A stretch of 64,000 nucleotides of DNA from Escherichia coli (GTDB lineage: Bacteria; Pseudomonadota; Gammaproteobacteria; Enterobacterales; Enterobacteriaceae). A model generated the notes under the pieces. The model was not told the DNA's origin, did not search any database, and saw only the letters and a list, made by a program, of their open reading frames with translations. Both the position numbers and the translations under genes were made by a program. The DNA lies in assembly GCF_045037415.1 (NCBI RefSeq), contig NZ_CP173438.1. One strand, 5' to 3'. Numbering within the stretch: the stretch's first letter is position 1; the number at the start of each line of letters is the position of its first letter. Below, in pieces: positions 60,074-64,000 of the stretch.

Positions 60074-60957
60074 TCCAGAAAGATAAAGTGCGGGTTGATA
60101 TTTTTGGTGAGCGTTTTCGCACTCGCGCGAGTCAGTTAACGCCTGGGTTAAGAGTTGTCGCCAGCTACATTAATGAGCATCGTGAAGTGGTACTCGAGCA
60201 AACGGCGATGGAAATTGCGGCCACGTTGAACACTTCCGATGCCACAGTTATCAGGGCTATACAGGCCCTGGGGTTTGCCGGGCTGCGTGATCTGAAACGC
60301 ACTCTGGAACAGTGGCTTGGTCCAGCCCTTAGTTCCAGCGAAAAGATGTCTACGACGGTGAGTAACTTGACGAGCGATGTTAACACCGCAATCGACTTTG
60401 TTCTTGAAGGGCATTTGTATACCTGTAATGTCCTGTCAGAGCCTGAAAACCGCCACGCGCTTGCGCAAGCTGTAGCGTTGTTGGTGCAGGCACGGCAAGT
60501 CGCAATTTTTGGCATTGGCGCTTCGGGTATTCTGGCGGACTATACCGCACGACTATTCAACCGCATAGGTTTGCCTGCCACGGCACTAAACCGTACGGGT
60601 ATTGGCCTTGCCGAGCAACTGATCGCGCTTCAACGTGGCGATGTTCTGATCATGATGGCGCAAAAATCTGCGCACCGGGAAGGGCTGACAACGCTTCGTG
60701 AGGCGAGGCGGCTGGGGATCCCTGTTATTTTGCTGACAAACGCGCTGGATTCACGTTTTAGCAAAGACGCCAGTATCGTGATTCATGTTCCGCGCGGGGA
60801 TGAAAAAGGGAAAACGCCGCTACATGGTACGGTATTGTTGTGTCTGGAAATGATTGTCTGGTCGGTAGCTTCCGCAGTGCCGCAGCGTGCGGTTAAAACC
60901 ATTAAGCGAATTAACGATTTCCATCGAGGACTGAAAACGGGAAGAAAGAATGGCTAA
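60070..60957 (+). CDS. RpiR-family transcriptional regulator (HTH_6 + SIS sugar-phosphate-binding domain)
   Basis: 295-aa ORF; HTH region ...MEIAATLNTSDATVIRAIQALGFAGLRDLK..., SIS-like ...VAIFGIGASG...; start overlaps the binding-protein stop. Confidence 0.8.
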   Translation: MIQKDKVRVDIFGERFRTRASQLTPGLRVVASYINEHREVVLEQTAMEIAATLNTSDATVIRAIQALGFAGLRDLKRTLEQWLGPALSSSEKMSTTVSNLTSDVNTAIDFVLEGHLYTCNVLSEPENRHALAQAVALLVQARQVAIFGIGASGILADYTARLFNRIGLPATALNRTGIGLAEQLIALQRGDVLIMMAQKSAHREGLTTLREARRLGIPVILLTNALDSRFSKDASIVIHVPRGDEKGKTPLHGTVLLCLEMIVWSVASAVPQRAVKTIKRINDFHRGLKTGRKNG

Positions 60958-60965
60958 TCTGGGCT

Positions 60966-60994
60966 GAGACCGGTAGCAGCACCGGCCTCTTTTT
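60966..60994 (+). terminator. Terminator closing the ABC/RpiR operon
   Basis: GAGACCGGT-AGCAGC-ACCGGCCTC (one mismatch) followed by TTTTT, 8 nt before the ygiN stop on the other strand. Confidence 0.65.
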
Positions 60995-61001
60995 AGAAAT
61001 G

Positions 61002-61316
61002 TCAAAGCCCCGGCTGCAGGATACGAATATTCATCTCCAGCACGTCACCTTTTACGGCTTCGCTATATGCTTTCATGTGCGGGGTTTGCAGATGCGCTTC
61101 AAGATGCGCGATGCTTTCCCACTGCTCAATCATCACGATAGAATCCGGTGCCATAGACTGGAAACTCACGCCAGCAGCGCAATCCACCATTGGCGCATAG
61201 CCGTGGCAACCTTCTTCTTTCAGTACGGTTGGAACGATTTTAGCAAACTGATCCAACACTGCCTGACGGTGATGTTGACCAGGACGAGTACGAATTTCTG
61301 CGATTACTGTAATCAT
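61002..61316 (-). CDS. ygiN: Quinol monooxygenase (ABM domain)
   Basis: 104-aa ORF MITVIAEIRTRPGQHHRQAVLDQFAKIVPTVLKEEGCHGYAPMVD... Confidence 0.93.
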   Translation of the reverse strand: MITVIAEIRTRPGQHHRQAVLDQFAKIVPTVLKEEGCHGYAPMVDCAAGVSFQSMAPDSIVMIEQWESIAHLEAHLQTPHMKAYSEAVKGDVLEMNIRILQPGL

Positions 61317-61346
61317 GGTTAACTCCTTCTAAAGCCAGAGCTCTAG

Positions 61347-61928
61347 TTAACCAAAAATTTCCACAAGATGCTTGCGATATTCTTCAGTATAGCGGGGAAC
61401 ATCAGGCATTTTTATCACGTCATTAGCGATAAATGTCGGCAGCGGTTCCATGCCAAGGAATTGGTTTGCTTTATGGAACGGCAGGTACACACCGTCAACA
61501 CCAACGCCGTGGAAGAACTGATCTTTTTCGGTGAAGGCTTCCATTGGTGCGTTCCAGGTCAGAGAAAGCATATATTTTTTGCCCTGTACCAGGCCGCCGG
61601 AACCGTATTTTTTTGATGGATCTTTGCGGGTACGACCATCGCTGGCATACAGAGTCCCGTGACCTTCGGTGAATACATCATCAATATATTTTTTCACTGT
61701 CCACGGCGCGCCCATCCACCAGCCAGGCATCTGCCAGATCACCACATCAGCCCAGAGAAAGTTTTGTACTTCCGCTTTGACATCGTAGTCGCTGTCGGCG
61801 CGAACAATGCGGACATCATGCCCGAGGTCGCGCAGTGTGCCATCCGCGACTTCGGTCAGGGTGTCGTTCAGTTGACCATTGGAGTGGGCGAATTTTTTCG
61901 CGCCGTTGATAATCAGGATGTTGCTCAT
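61347..61928 (-). CDS. mdaB: NADPH:quinone oxidoreductase (modulator of drug activity B)
   Basis: The track ORF (245 aa) starts at 62084. The remembered 193-aa protein MSNILIINGAKKFAHSNGQLNDTLTEVADGTLRDLGHD... starts at ATG 61928. Confidence 0.95.
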   Translation of the reverse strand: MSNILIINGAKKFAHSNGQLNDTLTEVADGTLRDLGHDVRIVRADSDYDVKAEVQNFLWADVVIWQMPGWWMGAPWTVKKYIDDVFTEGHGTLYASDGRTRKDPSKKYGSGGLVQGKKYMLSLTWNAPMEAFTEKDQFFHGVGVDGVYLPFHKANQFLGMEPLPTFIANDVIKMPDVPRYTEEYRKHLVEIFG

Positions 61929-62178
61929 TTTTTTAACCTCAAGGTGAGACGTTTGCCGACTATAGTACGTCACAGAGCGGTACGGTGAAATTAGCAAAAT
62001 GTGCAAAGTCTTTTGCGAATTTAGCAAAAGTCTGATCTTTCTCTGATTCACCGATGCGGGATAAATATTTTCTGAAAATGACAATACTTAAATCAACTTC
62101 CCATAAGCTCCCACAGGAGAGATGTATTATGCAAATGATACAGGAGTTTTTCGGAAAAAATGATTATGGAGAATATAT

Positions 62179-62658
62179 ATGTCAAATATGATATACTTAT
62201 CAATTAAAGGGAAAATACAAGGTTTGATCTCTGAGGGTTGTGGTTCGTATGCATCTATTGGTAATAAATATCAAATAAATCATGTGGATGAAATTTTTGT
62301 TTTACAGTTCGACCATTCTTTAAGTCGAGAGTATAATGTAGTGCATCACCCCATAAAATTTTACAAGCCAATAGATAAATCCTCCCCTTTATTAAATGCC
62401 GCTCTTTCTGAAAATGAAGAGTTATCAGCTGTATTTAATTTTTATAGAATTAATTCTGGCGGTTGTATTGAAAGGTTTTACACAATTGAATTGCAAGGAG
62501 CACATTTATCGAATATTCTGACATGTTATCCACACTCAATTACACATGCGGGTAATCAGCCGGAAGAGGTCATTGTTCTTAATTATAAAAATATAACATG
62601 GAAGCACCATATCGCGAGTACGGAATCATATAGTTGTTGGGAAGAAAGGATTTTTTAA
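62179..62658 (+). CDS. hcp: Hcp/TssD-family type VI secretion tube protein, orphan copy
   Basis: 159-aa ORF. Whole-length pattern match to Hcp: IYLSIKG..QG.I...S.....DEI.VL.FDH....H.PI.F.K.IDKSSPLL..A....E.L.A.F.FYR.N..G....FYTI.L.GA.LS.I....EEV.L.Y..ITW.H......SCWEER. SD GGAGA upstream. Confidence 0.85.
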   Translation: MSNMIYLSIKGKIQGLISEGCGSYASIGNKYQINHVDEIFVLQFDHSLSREYNVVHHPIKFYKPIDKSSPLLNAALSENEELSAVFNFYRINSGGCIERFYTIELQGAHLSNILTCYPHSITHAGNQPEEVIVLNYKNITWKHHIASTESYSCWEERIF

Positions 62659-62660
62659 AT

Positions 62661-63371
62661 ATGAAAAGCGATCTCACTATAAAAAATAGATATTGTACAA
62701 TTCCACAAGCGAAGTTCCGTAAATGGGATGAAATGGACGTTTTACTCTGGAAGTTAGGAAAAAATGATTCGCGTCGCCGTTCAGGAGTATATTATTTAAA
62801 TGCTTATAAAGATGCATATGTACAATATAATAGAGACAAAATAATTAAATATGCATACGCCGCTGGAATTCGTCCAGAGTTACTGGGCGGCGTGGCCTGG
62901 ATTGAGTCAGGAGGTATGCCTGAAAATTATAAGTTTCAGATATATGAAACAAAAAGAATGATCGGATTGTTAGATATGCCTGAAAATAAAACATCATTTG
63001 GCTCAATGGGTATACAAATACGAACCGCAGCGATTACTCTAGGTCTAGACCCTTCAGAATTAACTACCAGAAATCAGTTAGAGTTAGCGACATGCCTAAT
63101 GGAGGATGATTTTACCTTTCAAATTGCTGCTACTTATTTAAGAGATCTTGTTCTTTTTGATTATCCCTCTTCGGCAACACTGTATATGACGAATGAGCAG
63201 TATATTATGGCTGGTATTAGATATAATCGTGGTGTTGAACGAGATTTGGGTTTTTTTATTTGTTTAATTAATAATTTGCCTGCACGTGATACAGATGATT
63301 ATAAATTCATCTCTTATGGTATGAGGTTGTTAGAGATTAGAGAACATATCAAAAAATTGATTAATGAGTAA
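62661..63371 (+). CDS. Hypothetical 236-aa protein with SLT/lysozyme-like motifs; candidate Hcp-borne peptidoglycan-targeting effector
   Basis: The track starts at TTG 62634. ATG 62661 lies 2 nt after the hcp stop, with AAAGGA upstream. No signal peptide. Motifs: VAWIESGG (E82, codon 62904-62906), FGSMGIQI (63000-63017), IRYNRG (63219-63233). Confidence 0.5.
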   Translation: MKSDLTIKNRYCTIPQAKFRKWDEMDVLLWKLGKNDSRRRSGVYYLNAYKDAYVQYNRDKIIKYAYAAGIRPELLGGVAWIESGGMPENYKFQIYETKRMIGLLDMPENKTSFGSMGIQIRTAAITLGLDPSELTTRNQLELATCLMEDDFTFQIAATYLRDLVLFDYPSSATLYMTNEQYIMAGIRYNRGVERDLGFFICLINNLPARDTDDYKFISYGMRLLEIREHIKKLINE

Positions 63372-63377
63372 TCAGAT

Positions 63378-63710
63378 ATGTTAAAAAAACAACTACTATC
63401 AATATTTGAAGCACTATTATATATAATGCTTACTTATTGGTTAATAGATTCTTTTTTTGCTTTCAATAAGTATGACTGGATGCTTGAGTCGGGAGACAAT
63501 ATTTGCAGTATACCTTCTGTTTCAGGCGAAGATCGTATATTACAAGCAATGATTGCAGCATTTTTTCTTCTGACACCACTTATTATTCTTATCTTAAGAA
63601 AACTCTTTATGCGGGAAATGTTCGAGTTTTGGCTATATGTATTCTCGCTCGTTATTTGTCTGGGTTGTGGTTGGTGGCTTTTTTGGGGACGGTTTATATT
63701 TTGCTATTAG
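63378..63710 (+). CDS. ygiZ: 110-aa three-TM inner membrane protein YgiZ; candidate immunity protein
   Basis: ATG lies 6 nt after the preceding stop. Hydrophobic helices LSIFEALLYIMLTYWLIDSFFAF, ILQAMIAAFFLLTPLIILIL, FEFWLYVFSLVICLGCGWWLFW. Position next to qseC matches remembered K-12 ygiZ. Confidence 0.75.
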   Translation: MLKKQLLSIFEALLYIMLTYWLIDSFFAFNKYDWMLESGDNICSIPSVSGEDRILQAMIAAFFLLTPLIILILRKLFMREMFEFWLYVFSLVICLGCGWWLFWGRFIFCY

Positions 63711-63714
63711 TAAA

Positions 63715-63748
63715 GTCTATGAGAGTCGTTTTAACGGCTCTCATAGAC
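63715..63748. terminator. Bidirectional hairpin between ygiZ and qseC
   Basis: GTCTATGAGAG-12 nt loop-CTCTCATAGAC, an 11-bp perfect stem. Confidence 0.6.
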
Positions 63749-63755
63749 AGAGAAG

Positions 63756-64000
63756 TTACCAGCTTACCTTCGCTTCAAATCCACCTTGTTTCGCATTCCC
63801 AAAATCAACATTCATGCCATGCAATTTGGCGATTCGCTGGACAATCGATAGCCCAAGTCCACTGCCGGTAGCGGTTTGTCCGGGTGGGCGATAGAAGCGT
63901 TCGCCAATTCGCGCCAGTGCCTCTGGTGTCACACCAGGGCCGTTATCCCTCACGATGAAATTATCGGCATTCAGCGTGACGTCTACCACGCTACCTTGTG
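63756..64000 (-). CDS. qseC: Sensor histidine kinase QseC, C-terminal part only (5-prime end right of the window)
   Basis: Reads ...NFIVRDNGPGVTPEALARIGERFYRPPGQTATGSGLGLSIVQRIAKLHGMNVDFGNAKQGGFEAKVSW (HATPase_c G1/G2 boxes). The frame is open to the window edge. Confidence 0.9.
   Translation of the reverse strand, partial: QGSVVDVTLNADNFIVRDNGPGVTPEALARIGERFYRPPGQTATGSGLGLSIVQRIAKLHGMNVDFGNAKQGGFEAKVSW

Noticed and set aside
61929-62084. 52-codon N-terminal extension of mdaB (245-aa form)
   Set aside because: The canonical 193-aa MdaB starts MSNILIING at ATG 61928, and the extension runs through the mdaB promoter region.
62122-62191. Short upstream ORFs (13 and 20 codons) overlapping the hcp start
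   Set aside because: They are out of frame with hcp, have poor or mis-spaced SD sequences, and would be expected by chance in this AT-rich spacer. Ribosome profiling would be needed to revive them.

Overview
The window is Escherichia coli chromosome, in reverse orientation relative to my recollection of the K-12 MG1655 map at about 3.17-3.22 Mb. It runs from a truncated ebgA to a truncated qseC. All gene identities come from reading the translated ORFs and from remembered E. coli proteins and synteny; no database search was possible.

Most of the window is tightly packed core genome: ebgR-ebgA, ygjH, patA, aer, yqjI/yqjH, tRNA ileX, mug, the rpsU-dnaG-rpoD operon, tsaD, ttdR/ttdABT, plsY, folB, uppP, cca, ygiM, ygiF, glnE, hldE, yqiJK, glgS, ubiK, ribB with its FMN riboswitch, zupT, ygiD, ygiCB-tolC, nudF-yqiB-cpdA-yqiA-parE, ygiN and mdaB. 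These are punctuated by REP elements and hairpin terminators.

There are five accessory or variable segments:
1. A single ibs/Sib type I toxin-antitoxin copy between hldE and yqiK. The 19-aa toxin is missing from the ORF track.
2. An intact ygiL-yqiGHI chaperone-usher fimbrial operon. It has a long AT-rich leader and sits between ribB and zupT, which differs from the K-12 order as I recall it.
3. An assT-dsbL-dsbI arylsulfate sulfotransferase island between ygiD and ygiC.
4. A TonB-dependent receptor, an ABC importer and an RpiR-type regulator between parE and ygiN.
5. An AT-rich three-gene cassette between mdaB and qseC: an orphan Hcp (T6SS tube protein), a 236-aa signal-less protein with SLT/lysozyme-like motifs, and the small membrane protein YgiZ.

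The fifth segment is my best candidate for an undescribed system. I read it as a stand-alone Hcp-cargo effector/immunity module, with K-12 ygiZ possibly being a retained orphan immunity gene. I saw no CRISPR array, IS element, integrase or prophage gene.
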